DNA from: Halobacteriales archaeon QH_2_65_14
Lineage (GTDB): Archaea > Halobacteriota > Halobacteria > Halobacteriales > Haloarculaceae
Assembly: GCA_003021285.1 (NCBI GenBank)
Contig: PXQO01000025.1
Location: forward strand, 5,138 to 66,418
Reading direction: 5' to 3'
Length of the DNA: 61,281 nt
The position numbers and the translations under genes were made by a program. Positions 35,972-46,601 of the stretch are shown piece by piece (the first letter of the stretch is position 1; every line of letters starts with the position of its first letter). The notes beneath the pieces were generated by a model. It was not told the DNA's origin, did no database searches, and saw only the letters and a program-made list of their open reading frames with translations.

Positions 35972-36432
35972 AGGAATCCGAGGTTGTGGGCGGACAGCAG
36001 GCCGGCGGTGACGAGCAGGAGTAGGGCGAACAGTGACGCGGCGAGGAAGAACGCCCGCGCGTTGCGGGCCGGTTCGCGCACCTTGTCCCGTTCGGTTCCG
36101 TCCCTGAGTTTCTTCGCCCCGATTTCGACGGTCGCCATCAGCGCCAGCCAGAATCCGATCATCGCAAGCACGAGCCAGCCCCCCTCGGTCTCGAAAAGCG
36201 TCTCGCCCGTGTGTCGGACCCCGGCCATGTGGCTGCCGGTCAGGAACAGCACGACTGCACTGAACCGCGATATCGTCGTCAGCCTGTTCCCGACGGCATC
36301 CAGCGGCGCAGCGTTGAGATTCCCGTCACGAGCGAGCGGTAACACCGACAGCGTCACGAACAGCACGCTCCCGGTCCACAGCCCCGCGAACACCGAATGT
36401 ATCGTGTACGACGCCACTTCGACAGGTTCCAT
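35968..36432 (-). CDS. 4-TM membrane protein (CopD-like)
   Basis: HSVFAGLWTGS and LTGSH; four hydrophobic helices. Confidence 0.65.
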   Translation of the reverse strand: MEPVEVASYTIHSVFAGLWTGSVLFVTLSVLPLARDGNLNAAPLDAVGNRLTTISRFSAVVLFLTGSHMAGVRHTGETLFETEGGWLVLAMIGFWLALMATVEIGAKKLRDGTERDKVREPARNARAFFLAASLFALLLLVTAGLLSAHNLGFL

Positions 36433-36845
36433 GCCCGCCGGGTTTTCCCGCCAGCACCAAATGTGACTCGCTTTGTCGGTAAGTCACTGTCCCAGCGCGG
36501 TCAGAAGGCCCGGTCGCCGTGCATCGACCCGAATCACAATAACCACTATGAGGGAACGCTCCCATGCCCGAACGTCCCCGTCTGGATGTATCTATTCTAC
36601 ATGTATTCTTCATTAACCCGTATGTAATAACTAGTAACCATATTTAATCTGCAACTAAATAATCCGAAAACATTCATATATCACACCTATTACACTTAAT
36701 CTGAGGCCTGTTCGGCCTTTTAAGCGCTCGTGTGAGTCTTCCACACACCGGCGAGATGGGTGCTGAGGTGCCGATTTTCGGTCGTAGTGTGTTAACGCAA
36801 CTCAGAGTAGGATTATAACCCTCCAGTCTATATGGTAATATGACC

Positions 36846-37082
36846 ATGAAAAAGCAGGAGCTCATTCACCTCCACGGCCTCCTCGCTCAGGTACAGAACC
36901 ATTACGAGGAGCAGACTGGACAGGACGTCGAACACGACCGATACACTACACTCGGTGTACAGCCGACATCGATCCACAAATCCAAAACGGAGCACAAGGA
37001 AGCAGTCTTTGCGCTGGCACGAGGTATCACCTCCGAGATGACTGCCGAAGAGACCGAACCCGTTTCCGCTGCGGCCGACTAA
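36846..37082 (+). CDS. UPF0058 family protein
   Basis: MKKQELIHLHGLL...PTSIHKSKTEHK. Confidence 0.85.
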   Translation: MKKQELIHLHGLLAQVQNHYEEQTGQDVEHDRYTTLGVQPTSIHKSKTEHKEAVFALARGITSEMTAEETEPVSAAAD

Positions 37083-37290
37083 GTTTTCTGCTGACCGTCG
37101 ACGTCGTTGCCACCCGCCAGTAGACCCTCTGCTGTGCAGTCAGGCCCCCTACGCAGTCACGGCACCGGACGGGAGCCACAGCGGGACACCGCCGGAGCGA
37201 CACAGAAAGCTCTTCTCGACTGTGTATATCAAGTAATACTCCGTAAACGCTCGGGTCAATGCCGACAGCGTCGTCCCGGACCTGGACAGG

Positions 37291-37818
37291 TTACTCGTCG
37301 ATGAGTTCCTCGAACTCCGGGAGCACCTCGTCTTCGTCCCCGGGCGTAGGCGGCTCGTCAGTCGTGTCCACGGTGGACTCCTCGCTATCGTCCTCGTCGT
37401 TCTCGTCCTCGTCGTTCCCATCCTCCTCGTCCATGGCCGTTGTCTCGTCGCTTTCGTCTTCATCCTCGTCCTCGTCGTCATCTTCGAGGACCTCGATTTC
37501 GAGGACGTCGAGCGGGATGTTTTCGAGGCGCTGACCGATTTCCTTGCGGGCGATCCGCGCGGCGTGCTCCTCGCGTTCGACGTTGAAGACGGTCATCTCC
37601 AGTTCGAGCGCGACGAGGCTCTCGTCGGCGGCAATGAACGCTGGTTCGAGCTCCTCCCCGCAGTGGGGGCAGGACCGCTCGCCCATGTTGATCTCGACGT
37701 AGTTCAGGTCCGGATTCAACATCTCACCTGTCTTCGAGATGGCAATCCGAACCGCCTCGTCGGGGGTCGCCACGTCGTATACTGGTACAGCCGCTTCGAC
37801 GACAACTCTACAGTTCAT
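37291..37818 (-). CDS. DUF555/UPF0212 family protein with an acidic tail
   Basis: AVRIAISKTG, CPHCG, HAARIARKEIG..L..IPL. Confidence 0.85.
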   Translation of the reverse strand: MNCRVVVEAAVPVYDVATPDEAVRIAISKTGEMLNPDLNYVEINMGERSCPHCGEELEPAFIAADESLVALELEMTVFNVEREEHAARIARKEIGQRLENIPLDVLEIEVLEDDDEDEDEDESDETTAMDEEDGNDEDENDEDDSEESTVDTTDEPPTPGDEDEVLPEFEELIDE

Positions 37819-37943
37819 AGTGGGTCTTGACTGCCGATGAATATGAAGTTTAGCCTGCGTGTCTCTTTACTTTCACTAACGGTTTGCGGGCCCGTGCCGA
37901 CGACTCGAAAGCGGGAAGGGGTTGCCACGCCTGTCGACGGACG

Positions 37944-38846
37944 ATGGAACGGGGACAGCTCGACCTCGCGGCGGTTGCGGGCGGTTTCGACCTCCAGTCG
38001 ACGCTCGAAAGCGGCCAGTCGTATCTCTGGTGGCGCGAGGACGGGGCCGACTACGCCGACCGGGGTCCCTACGGTGGCGACGGCTGGTATCTCACCACTA
38101 CCCGGGCGACTGGCGAACCCGCCGTCATCCGGGTTCGCCAGCGCGACGGGGCGCTGGAATGGGAGTCGATGATCGATGCCAACCCGGTGTTGCGACGCCG
38201 GCTCCGTCTCGACGACGACCTCGACGCCATCCGTGCCGAGTCGCCGGCGGACGACCTCGTCGAAGCCGCGTACGACGCGTACTGGGGGATGCGGCTGGTC
38301 TGCGACCCGCCGTTCGGTTCGCTCATCTCGTTTATCTGCTCGGCACAGATGCGCGTCTCACGTATCCACGCGATGCAACAGTCGCTCCGGGAGGCCTTTG
38401 GCACGCCGGTCGAATTCGACGGGCGGACCTACCATGCGTATCCCACGCCCGAGCAACTCGCGGCGGCGAGCGAGGACGACCTGCGCGCGCTCTCGCTGGG
38501 ATACCGTGCGCCGTACGTCCGCCGGACGGCCGGGATGGTCGCGGACGGAACCCGGCCCGAAGAGGCCCGCGGCAAGCCCTACGAGGCGGCACGCGAGTCG
38601 CTGACCCGGTTCGTCGGCGTCGGCGACAAGGTCGCAGACTGCGTGTTGCTGTTCTCGCTTAGCTACCTGCAGGCGGTCCCGCTGGACACCTGGATACGCA
38701 AGACGATAACGGAGTACTATCCCGACTGTGCGTGTGACTCCTATGCCGAGACCTCGCGGGCGATCCGGGCACAACTCGGGGACCAGTACGCCGGATACGT
38801 CCAGACCTACCTCTTTCACTACCTCCGTCACGCCGATGAAATTTAG
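37944..38846 (+). CDS. HhH-GPD DNA glycosylase (Ogg1/AlkA-like)
   Basis: TLESGQ, ISFICS, LGYRA, GVGDKVADC, VPLDTW. Confidence 0.88.
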   Translation: MERGQLDLAAVAGGFDLQSTLESGQSYLWWREDGADYADRGPYGGDGWYLTTTRATGEPAVIRVRQRDGALEWESMIDANPVLRRRLRLDDDLDAIRAESPADDLVEAAYDAYWGMRLVCDPPFGSLISFICSAQMRVSRIHAMQQSLREAFGTPVEFDGRTYHAYPTPEQLAAASEDDLRALSLGYRAPYVRRTAGMVADGTRPEEARGKPYEAARESLTRFVGVGDKVADCVLLFSLSYLQAVPLDTWIRKTITEYYPDCACDSYAETSRAIRAQLGDQYAGYVQTYLFHYLRHADEI

Positions 38847-38870
38847 GTCGGAGCGGGCGAATCCCCACAC

Positions 38871-39152
38871 ATGTCAGAGCGGACACGTGCCCACGTCTAT
38901 GTCTCGGGCAAGGTACAGGGCGTGTACTTCCGCGCGACGACCCGAGACGAGGCCCGGGACCGGGACGTCGACGGGTGGGTACGCAACCTCGACGACGGCC
39001 GCGTCGAGGCGGTCTTCGAGGGGTCCGAGGAAGACGTCGAACGGCTGGTCGAGTTCTGTCACGAGGGGAGTCCGGCCGCCCGCGTCGACGACGTCGAGGT
39101 GGACTACGAACAGCCACAGGGCGAGGACGGTTTCCGTGTCCGGTGGCAGTGA
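38871..39152 (+). CDS. acyP: acylphosphatase
   Basis: VSGKVQGVYFR, GWVRNLDDGRVE. Confidence 0.95.
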   Translation: MSERTRAHVYVSGKVQGVYFRATTRDEARDRDVDGWVRNLDDGRVEAVFEGSEEDVERLVEFCHEGSPAARVDDVEVDYEQPQGEDGFRVRWQ

Positions 39153-39203
39153 CTACGCGAGCAAAGCGGCGGTCGGTCCCTGGTCACAGTCTCGGCTCGT
39201 CTT

Positions 39204-40166
39204 TCAGTCCGCGAGTGCCCCGTCAGAGCCCGCGACCGCGTTCGGGTCCTGAATCCAGAGGTCGCCGAACACCTCGTCTTGCTGGAGGCGGACCCGGCCG
39301 CGGTGGGAGAGAAAGAGCAACCCGAGGTACGTTTCGACGCGGGACCCGCCCGCCGTCTCGACCTCCCGGAAAAGTACTTCGGCGCGTCCCTGGTCGTACT
39401 GTTCGCGCAACGCCGACTGGACGTTCCCGATGATCGTGTCGATGTCCTCGGTGTGGGTCCGGCTCGTCACCTCCCCCTCGGTCGGCTCGTCGTCCATCCG
39501 GAACTGGTCGGCCGCCCGGTAGTCGAGTTCCTGCGTGCCGCGCTGATAGCTCCCGGGCGAGTCGCTGGTGTCGTACTCGCGCGACTCCTTCCACCAGCTG
39601 TCCCGCTCGGCCTCGCGCAGGTCCCGCACCAGTTCGTCGAGCGTCTGTGGCATGCCACGGGCGCGCTTTCGCTCCAGCCGGCGGTCCATCTCCCGCTCCA
39701 GCGTCGCAAACGGATCGGGCTTGTCCAGGGGCGCGTCGTCGGCCAGCGCGCCCTCCCAGGGCTCGGGCTCTTCGGGTTCGTCCTCGTCGTCCGAGAGCAT
39801 CGCGTCGCCTTTCATCCGCAGGAGGACGCTCGCGTAGAACAGCGCCCGCCCTGACGTGCGCAGGTCGGCCTCGTCGAGCCGTGCCAGGAACTTGTCGGTC
39901 ACCTCGACGATGTCGATGTCCCAGGGGTCGATCTCGCCGTCCTCGGCGAGCTGGACCAGCACTTCGACGGGCTCGACCTCCTCCGACTCCTCGCCGTCGT
40001 TTGCCTCCGTTTCCCCCGTTTCGTCGCTCCCGGCATCGCTGTCACCGTTTTTCCGGACCTCCTGCCCGTCTTCAACGTCGCCCGGGAGGCCATCGTCGGA
40101 CGAGTCCGACGGGCGCTGGCGCTTTTCGTGTCCAGTGATGTCCAGCGGGATGTCGGAGTCAGTCAT
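39204..40166 (-). CDS. scpA: segregation/condensation protein A (kleisin)
   Basis: GEIDPWDIDIV, ASVLLRMK, YLGLLFL; overlaps the smc stop. Confidence 0.9.
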   Translation of the reverse strand: MTDSDIPLDITGHEKRQRPSDSSDDGLPGDVEDGQEVRKNGDSDAGSDETGETEANDGEESEEVEPVEVLVQLAEDGEIDPWDIDIVEVTDKFLARLDEADLRTSGRALFYASVLLRMKGDAMLSDDEDEPEEPEPWEGALADDAPLDKPDPFATLEREMDRRLERKRARGMPQTLDELVRDLREAERDSWWKESREYDTSDSPGSYQRGTQELDYRAADQFRMDDEPTEGEVTSRTHTEDIDTIIGNVQSALREQYDQGRAEVLFREVETAGGSRVETYLGLLFLSHRGRVRLQQDEVFGDLWIQDPNAVAGSDGALAD

Positions 40167-43100
40167 CCGCAGGTACCTCCCGCTCGCCGCCGTCGTCGGA
40201 GAGGTCGATGCCAGTCACGGCGGAGATGTTGTCGTCCTGCATGGTGACGCCGATGGCGCGCTCGGAGCGTTCGAGCATCGCCGAGCGGTGCGAGACGACG
40301 ACGAACTGGGCCTCGCCTGCGAGTTCGTCGACCATCTCGCCGACGAGTTCGGCGTTGGCCGCGTCGAGGAACGCGTCGATCTCGTCCAGCGCGTAGAACG
40401 GCGCGGGGTTGTGGCGCTGGAGCGCGAAAATAAAGGCGAGTGCCGTCAGCGACTTCTCGCCGCCGCTCATCGCGTTGAGCCGCTGGATGGGTTTGTCCCC
40501 GGGCTGGGCTTTCATCGTCAGCCCGCCGTCGAACGGGTCCTCCTCGTTTTCGAGGTGGAGACGCCCGGTCCCGTTCGAGAGGCGCTCGAAGATGTCACGG
40601 AACTGCTCGTCTATCGCCTCGAACGAGTCCATGAACGTCTGCTTCTTGCGGGCCTCGTAGGTCTCGATGCGCTCGCGGATGCCGTCGGCCTCCTCGCCCA
40701 GCGTCGCTTTCCTGTCCTGGAGTTCCGAGAGTTCCTCTTTCACGCGGTCGAACTCCTCGATTGCGAGCATGTTGACCGGCTCCAGCGCCTCCATCTCGCC
40801 CTCCAGCCGGCGGATTTCGGCCTCGACGGTCTCGTGGTCGGGTATCTCCTCGGGGTCGTAGTCGCCGACCTGCGCGTCGAGTTCCTCTATCTCCCACTCC
40901 AGGCGGTCGCGCTCGTCGTGAAGCTCCGAGAGCTCGTTTTCGACGGCGGTCACGCGCTCCTTTGCCTCGTCGCGCTCCTTGCGTGTCCCGGCGACGTCCT
41001 CGCGCAGGCTCTTGCGCTCCTCTTTGAGTTCCGCGAGTTCGGATTCGAGTTCCGCGACCTCCGCTTCCTTCGTCTCCAGGGTCTCCTCCTTGTCGGCGAT
41101 GGTCGCTTCGAGTTCCTCGATGCGCTCCTGGGCCTCCTGCTTGCGTTCCTGTGCCCCCTCGATGTCCTCGTGGAGGTCCTCGATGGACTCCTCGGCGTAC
41201 TCCTTTTCGAGCTGGAGCTCGTTGAGCCGTGCGTCGTACTCGTCTTTCCGCGTCTCCAGGTCGTCGATCTCTTCGCGGATAGACTCCGCCTCTGCGGTCA
41301 GTTCGGGCAGTTCCGAGTCCTCGACCTCCGCTTCGAGTTCGGCGATGTCCGCCTCGATGGCCGCGATCCGCTCGTTCTCCTCGGCGATTGCGGCCTCAAG
41401 TTCGTCCATCTGGTCGGAGACCTCCTCGCGCTCGGCCTCGATCTCTTCGAGTTCCGCCTCCAGGCGCTCGGTCCTGGATTTCGTCTCGTCGATTTCGGTC
41501 TCGCGTTTCTCGATTTCCGATTCGATCTCGCGGACCTGTTCGGCCGCGTCGGACTCGCGGTCGCGGGCGTCCTCAAGCCGGTCTTCCAGTTCGCGCACCT
41601 CGTCGCGGGCCGACCGGCGTTTCTCCTCCAGGTCGTTGATGCGGGCCGCGACGCGTTCGAGTGTGCCCTCGGTCCCCTCGAAGGAGTACCGTGACCCCTT
41701 CTTCGAGCCGCCGGTCATCGCGCCCGACTTCTCGACGAGGTCGCCCTCAAGCGTGACGAGGCGGAACTCGCCCATCAGCTCCCGCGCCGTCTCGATGTCG
41801 TCGACGACGAGCGTGTCGCCCAGCACGTACGAGAAGATGCCGGCGTACTTCTCGTCGAAGTCGACGAGGTTGTACGCGAAGTCGACGACGCCCTCGCGGT
41901 CCGGGAGCGCGGGGAGCGAGCGCTGGCGCATCTCCGTGATGGGGAGGAAGGTCGCCCGGCCCGCGTTGCGGGACTTGAGGTACTCGATACAGCGTTGTCC
42001 GACGCGGTCGTCGTCGACGACGACGTTCGCCAGCCGCCCGCCCGCAGCGGTCTCGCAGGCGGTGGCGTACCTGTTCGAGACGCTTCCCAGCTGGGCGACT
42101 GTGCCGTGGACGCCGTCGACGTCGGCGTTCAGCACGGCCGTCACTGCCCGCCCGTAGGAACTGTCGCCCGACTGGCCGGCCTTCGCTTCGAGTTCGGCAT
42201 ACTCCTGCTGTGCGGCGGTGAGTTCGTCCTCGATCTCGTCGAGATGCTGTTGTTTCTCGCGTTTCTCGGTTCGGAGGTCGTCGACCACCTCCGCGATGGT
42301 CTCGCGGTTCTCCGTCGCCTTCTCCAGTTCGACTTCGAGGTCTTCGATCTCGGCTTCGAGGTCGGGAATCCGCTCTTTGGCGTCGGCGATGGCCTCCCCT
42401 TTCTCGCGTTTCTCCGTCGACCGGCGGCGCGCCTCGTCGAGCAGCCGGTCCTGCTCGCGCTGGAGGTCGTTTTTCTCGGATTTGGCCGCTTCGAGGTCGC
42501 TCTTTCGCTCCTGGAGCCGGTCTTTGACCTCCTCGAACTCCTCGCCGACCTCGTCGATGCGCGCCTCGACGTCGGCCAGTGTTTCCCGCTTGGACTGGAT
42601 GTCGGCGGCGATGGAGGACTTCTCGACTTTGGTCTCGCGGACCTCGCTTTCGAGGTCGTCTATCGTCTCCTGTTTGCGGTCGATCTTGACGAACGCCTGC
42701 CTGCGCTCGGCCTCGGCCTCCTCGATGCGGTCGTTCTCGGTCGCTATCCTGTCCTCCAGCCGGGAGATGTCGCCCTTTATCTCCTCTATCTCGCGCTTGA
42801 TGGCGAGCTGTTCGTCCTCGCCCTTGCGCTCTATCTCCTCGTTGAGTTCCTCCAGCTCGGATTTGAGACACATCAGCTCGCCCTGCCGTTCGTCGAGCGT
42901 CGACTGGCGCTCCTCAAGCGTCGCCTCGGCGTCCTCGATGTCGGCCGCGACGCCGTCGAGTTCCTCGCGCTTGTCTTCGAGTTCCGCGGCCTTCCGGTAG
43001 CCCTCGTAGGTTTCTTTCTCCTCGCGGAGCTTCTGGTACTGGAGCGCCGTCTCGCGCTCGTCTTCGAGCTGGTCGAGCCGGTCTTCCTTCTCCTCGATGC

Positions 43101-43740
43101 GCAGTTCGGCCTCCTCGATGCGTTCCTCGACGACCTCCAGTTCCTCGAAGGCGTCCTCCTTTTTCGCATCGAACTGCGCCACGCCCGCGATTTCGTCGAT
43201 GATCTCCCGCCGGGAACCCGGCGTCATGTTGATAATCTCGGTGACGTCGCCCTGCATGACGACGTTGTACCCCTCGGGCGTGACGCCCGCCTGGGCGAGC
43301 AGGTCCTGGATGTCGGAGAGGTTCACCGACCGGCCGTTGATGTAATAGTACGAGTAGTAGTTCTCCTCGGTCTCTTTGACCCGGCGCTTGATGCTGATCT
43401 CGTTGACGTCACCGACGTCGTCCGTGCCCGCGGCGTTGATGACCTGCGGGCGCGAGAGCGTCCCGTCGGAGTTGTCGAGGATCACCTCCACGCTCGCCTC
43501 GCGTTCACCCTGGAAGGATTCGCCCTCCTGGTGACCGGGGTTGAAGATGAGGTCCGTCAGCTTCTCCGCCCGGATGCCCGAGGTTCGGGCGAGGCCGAGC
43601 GCGAACAGTATCGAATCGATGACGTTTGATTTCCCGGAGCCGTTCGGACCCGTGACGGTCGTGAAGTCCTCGTAGAACGGGATGCGTGTCTTCCGGCCGA
43701 AACTCTTGAAGTTGTCGAGAACGAGCTCTTTGATGTACAT
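40159..43740 (-). CDS. smc: chromosome segregation protein SMC
   Basis: NFKSF, GPNGSGKSN, hinge GRATFLP and GAMTGG, MSGGEKS, LDEIDAFLD; 1193 aa. Confidence 0.98.
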   Translation of the reverse strand: MYIKELVLDNFKSFGRKTRIPFYEDFTTVTGPNGSGKSNVIDSILFALGLARTSGIRAEKLTDLIFNPGHQEGESFQGEREASVEVILDNSDGTLSRPQVINAAGTDDVGDVNEISIKRRVKETEENYYSYYYINGRSVNLSDIQDLLAQAGVTPEGYNVVMQGDVTEIINMTPGSRREIIDEIAGVAQFDAKKEDAFEELEVVEERIEEAELRIEEKEDRLDQLEDERETALQYQKLREEKETYEGYRKAAELEDKREELDGVAADIEDAEATLEERQSTLDERQGELMCLKSELEELNEEIERKGEDEQLAIKREIEEIKGDISRLEDRIATENDRIEEAEAERRQAFVKIDRKQETIDDLESEVRETKVEKSSIAADIQSKRETLADVEARIDEVGEEFEEVKDRLQERKSDLEAAKSEKNDLQREQDRLLDEARRRSTEKREKGEAIADAKERIPDLEAEIEDLEVELEKATENRETIAEVVDDLRTEKREKQQHLDEIEDELTAAQQEYAELEAKAGQSGDSSYGRAVTAVLNADVDGVHGTVAQLGSVSNRYATACETAAGGRLANVVVDDDRVGQRCIEYLKSRNAGRATFLPITEMRQRSLPALPDREGVVDFAYNLVDFDEKYAGIFSYVLGDTLVVDDIETARELMGEFRLVTLEGDLVEKSGAMTGGSKKGSRYSFEGTEGTLERVAARINDLEEKRRSARDEVRELEDRLEDARDRESDAAEQVREIESEIEKRETEIDETKSRTERLEAELEEIEAEREEVSDQMDELEAAIAEENERIAAIEADIAELEAEVEDSELPELTAEAESIREEIDDLETRKDEYDARLNELQLEKEYAEESIEDLHEDIEGAQERKQEAQERIEELEATIADKEETLETKEAEVAELESELAELKEERKSLREDVAGTRKERDEAKERVTAVENELSELHDERDRLEWEIEELDAQVGDYDPEEIPDHETVEAEIRRLEGEMEALEPVNMLAIEEFDRVKEELSELQDRKATLGEEADGIRERIETYEARKKQTFMDSFEAIDEQFRDIFERLSNGTGRLHLENEEDPFDGGLTMKAQPGDKPIQRLNAMSGGEKSLTALAFIFALQRHNPAPFYALDEIDAFLDAANAELVGEMVDELAGEAQFVVVSHRSAMLERSERAIGVTMQDDNISAVTGIDLSDDGGEREVPADD

Positions 43741-43767
43741 GGGGGTGCTCGTGGAGGAGTCCCGGCC

Positions 43768-44055
43768 TCAAGCGATGATGATATCGCTCTCCGACTCCTC
43801 CGTGTTATCTTTCTCGTCGTGGCCCGCTGGTTTAGTTGCTTCGGCCTCGTCCGGGGATTCGGTCGCTTCCGTGGTCTCGACTGACGCCGACTCGTCGACT
43901 GACGATTCGGGGACGAACCCGAGTTCCGCGTTGACTGCGTTCTCTAGCTCACGCAGACGGACCTTGCACTCGACCAGTTCGTCGGTCAGTCCCTCCACCG
44001 AGGCCTCCAGTTCCTGAACTCGCGATTCGAGTTCCTCGACTCTGTTGGGGCACAT
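43768..44055 (-). CDS. small coiled-coil protein upstream of smc
   Basis: RVEELESRVQELEASVEGLTDELVE...SDIIIA; start codon uncertain. Confidence 0.75.
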   Translation of the reverse strand: MCPNRVEELESRVQELEASVEGLTDELVECKVRLRELENAVNAELGFVPESSVDESASVETTEATESPDEAEATKPAGHDEKDNTEESESDIIIA

Positions 44056-44270
44056 ATGTCCCATCGTCTTTCCCCCGCCACATAAACGTACGTCAGACAA
44101 CGATACGAGATGTGATAGCTCGCGGAAACCGGTTAGAGAAACGCTACCCCGAGCGAACGGCCGATTCAGTTCGAAAATACCATCGTTTTTCCTGGAGATG
44201 AAACGGGGGTCGCCCGTTCTCGAAGAACCCATCCGGGAATCTTTACCGAAGCAGACCTACAGTTTCGTGT

Positions 44271-44939
44271 ATGCGCCGGCCACACAGACGAACCGTTCTG
44301 GCAAGCATCGCCGGGATCGGACTCGCCGGCTGTCTCGATTCCGGCGATTCGGCCGACGGGACGCCCGGAACGGACAGCGACGGGTCCTCGATAGCCGACG
44401 ACACGGGGACCGCAACGCCGACGCCGGACGAAACGCCGACACAGAGCGATACGCCGGAGACGACGCCGGATCAGGGTGACGGCCAGTCGACCGACGGCGC
44501 CGACGACGATAGCGAGGACAACGAGGAACCCGACCCATCGGTCTTTCCGGGCTACGAGATGACGACGGTCGAGGTGGAGACGCCGGACGGCGACGACCTC
44601 GGGCAGGTGTACGCGGCCATTGCCGACACGCGCGACCTGCGCTATACCGGACTCAGCGACACGGACTCGATGCCCGAGAACTACGGCATGCTGTTCGTCT
44701 TCGACGACGTGGACGACCGTCCGTTCGTCATGCGGGAGATGGACTTCGGCATCGATATCGTGTACGCCGACGACGAGGGCGTCATCACGGAGGTCCATCA
44801 CGCCCCCGAGCCCGGTCCCGACGAGGACGGCAACGAACAGCGCTACCCCGGCCGGGGCCAGTACGTCCTCGAACTCAACAAGGGCTGGACGACCGACCGC
44901 GGCGTCACCGTCGGCGACGTCCTCCAGTTCGAACTCTGA
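44271..44939 (+). CDS. DUF192 domain Tat lipoprotein
   Basis: HRRTVL and LAGC; GLS...GMLFVF, MDFGIDIVY, YVLEL. Confidence 0.88.
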   Translation: MRRPHRRTVLASIAGIGLAGCLDSGDSADGTPGTDSDGSSIADDTGTATPTPDETPTQSDTPETTPDQGDGQSTDGADDDSEDNEEPDPSVFPGYEMTTVEVETPDGDDLGQVYAAIADTRDLRYTGLSDTDSMPENYGMLFVFDDVDDRPFVMREMDFGIDIVYADDEGVITEVHHAPEPGPDEDGNEQRYPGRGQYVLELNKGWTTDRGVTVGDVLQFEL

Positions 44940-44995
44940 CTACTCCATCCGACGCTGTCGTCAGGCTTTAGCCACCGGACCCCGAACCGCGGGTA

Positions 44996-46480
44996 ATGGC
45001 GCAAACACAGGAGGAGCGCGACCTCGCGGTGGTCATCGGGCTGGAGGTCCACGTCCAGCTCGAAACCGAGACCAAGATCTTCTGTGGCTGCTCGACCGAA
45101 CCGGCCGAGGAGCCTAACACCCGGACGTGTCCGGTCTGTCTCGGACTGCCCGGCTCGCTTCCGGTGGTCAACGAGGCCGCGGTCGAGGCCGCCGTGAAGG
45201 TCGGCAAGGCGCTCGACGCGACGATTCCCGAACGGACCCGCTTTCACCGCAAGAACTACTACTACCCGGACCTGCCGAAGAACTTCCAGATCACCCAGTA
45301 CGACGATCCTATCTGCCAGGACGGCGAACTCGAATGCACTGTGGGGGACGAACGCCGGACGATTCGCATCCGGCGGGCACACCTGGAGGAGGACCCCGGC
45401 AGTCTCAAACACAAGGGCGGCTCCATCGACACCGCCGAGTACACGCTCGTCGACTACAACCGCGCCGGCGTGGCGCTGCTCGAGATCGTCACGAAACCGG
45501 ACTTCCGAAGCCCCGAGGGCGTTCGTGCGTTCCTCACCAAACTGGAGGAGGTCCTGGAGTACCTCGGCGTGTTCGATGCCTCCCGAGACGGCAGCCTGCG
45601 CGTCGACGCCAACCTCTCGGTCGTCGACGCCGACGCCGTCGACGGGGACGGGGACGGTGGCATCTCCACGGACGTCCTCGAAGACGCCAACCGCACCGAG
45701 GTCAAGAACATCTCCAGTCACAAGGGTGCCCAGAAGGCGCTCTCCTACGAGGCGACGCGACAGAAAAACGCCATCCGTCGCGGCCGCGCCGTCGAACAGG
45801 AGACCCGCCACTGGGACGAGTCCCGGGGCATCACCGTCTCGATGCGCTCGAAGGAAGAGGAGAAAGACTACCGCTACTTCCGCGAGGCCGACCTGCCGCC
45901 CCTGGAGGTCGCTGACTGGAAGGAGCAAATCGAGATTCCCGAACTCCCGGACGCGCGCCGCGAGCGGTTCCGCGAGGAGTACGGCCTGAGCGACGAGGCC
46001 GCCGACAAACTCACCAGCACCAAGCAGGTCGCCGACTTCTACGAGGACGTCGCCGCCGAGTTCGACCCCGACCTCGCGGCGACGTGGGTCGCCGACGAAC
46101 TCCTGGGGGAACTCAACTACCGCGACATGGAGAGTACGGACGTCGCCGACCGCCTCGACGAGGTCAAGCGTCTCGTCGAACTCGTCGCGACCGACGAAAT
46201 CACGGTCAAGAACGCCCGCGAGACGGTCCTGCGGACGATGCTCGACGAGGGGACCGACCCCGACACCATCGTCGAGCAGGCGGGGCTTGGCAAGACCAGC
46301 GGCGACGAGGTCCAGCAGGCCGTCGAGGCCGCAATCGACGAGAACCCCGACGCCGTCGAAGACTACCACGACGGCGAGGGCGGCGCTATCAACTTCCTCG
46401 TCGGACAGGTGATGCAGAAGACGGGAGGCAGCGCCGACCCCGGCGACGTCAATCAACTGCTCCGGGAAGAACTGAAATAG
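44996..46480 (+). CDS. gatB: Asp-tRNA(Asn)/Glu-tRNA(Gln) amidotransferase subunit B
   Basis: IGLEVHVQL, RKNYYYPDLPK, EVKNISS, DYRYF. Confidence 0.97.
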   Translation: MAQTQEERDLAVVIGLEVHVQLETETKIFCGCSTEPAEEPNTRTCPVCLGLPGSLPVVNEAAVEAAVKVGKALDATIPERTRFHRKNYYYPDLPKNFQITQYDDPICQDGELECTVGDERRTIRIRRAHLEEDPGSLKHKGGSIDTAEYTLVDYNRAGVALLEIVTKPDFRSPEGVRAFLTKLEEVLEYLGVFDASRDGSLRVDANLSVVDADAVDGDGDGGISTDVLEDANRTEVKNISSHKGAQKALSYEATRQKNAIRRGRAVEQETRHWDESRGITVSMRSKEEEKDYRYFREADLPPLEVADWKEQIEIPELPDARRERFREEYGLSDEAADKLTSTKQVADFYEDVAAEFDPDLAATWVADELLGELNYRDMESTDVADRLDEVKRLVELVATDEITVKNARETVLRTMLDEGTDPDTIVEQAGLGKTSGDEVQQAVEAAIDENPDAVEDYHDGEGGAINFLVGQVMQKTGGSADPGDVNQLLREELK

Positions 46481-46503
46481 CACCCGCGAGTGAATCACAC
46501 GAC

Positions 46504-46518
46504 TGCGCGCACGCGCAC
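46504..46518 (+). promoter_or_regulatory. 15-bp alternating purine-pyrimidine tract upstream of topA
   Basis: TGCGCGCACGCGCAC, about 30 bp upstream of a TTTA box at ~46548. Confidence 0.4.
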
Positions 46519-46601
46519 TCGCGCTGTCTGTTGGTTTCTCGAAAGGCTTTAGAGGGATTGCCGGCGTAGCACCGATAGCGACCACCCCGAGGTGACTCCC
46601 A

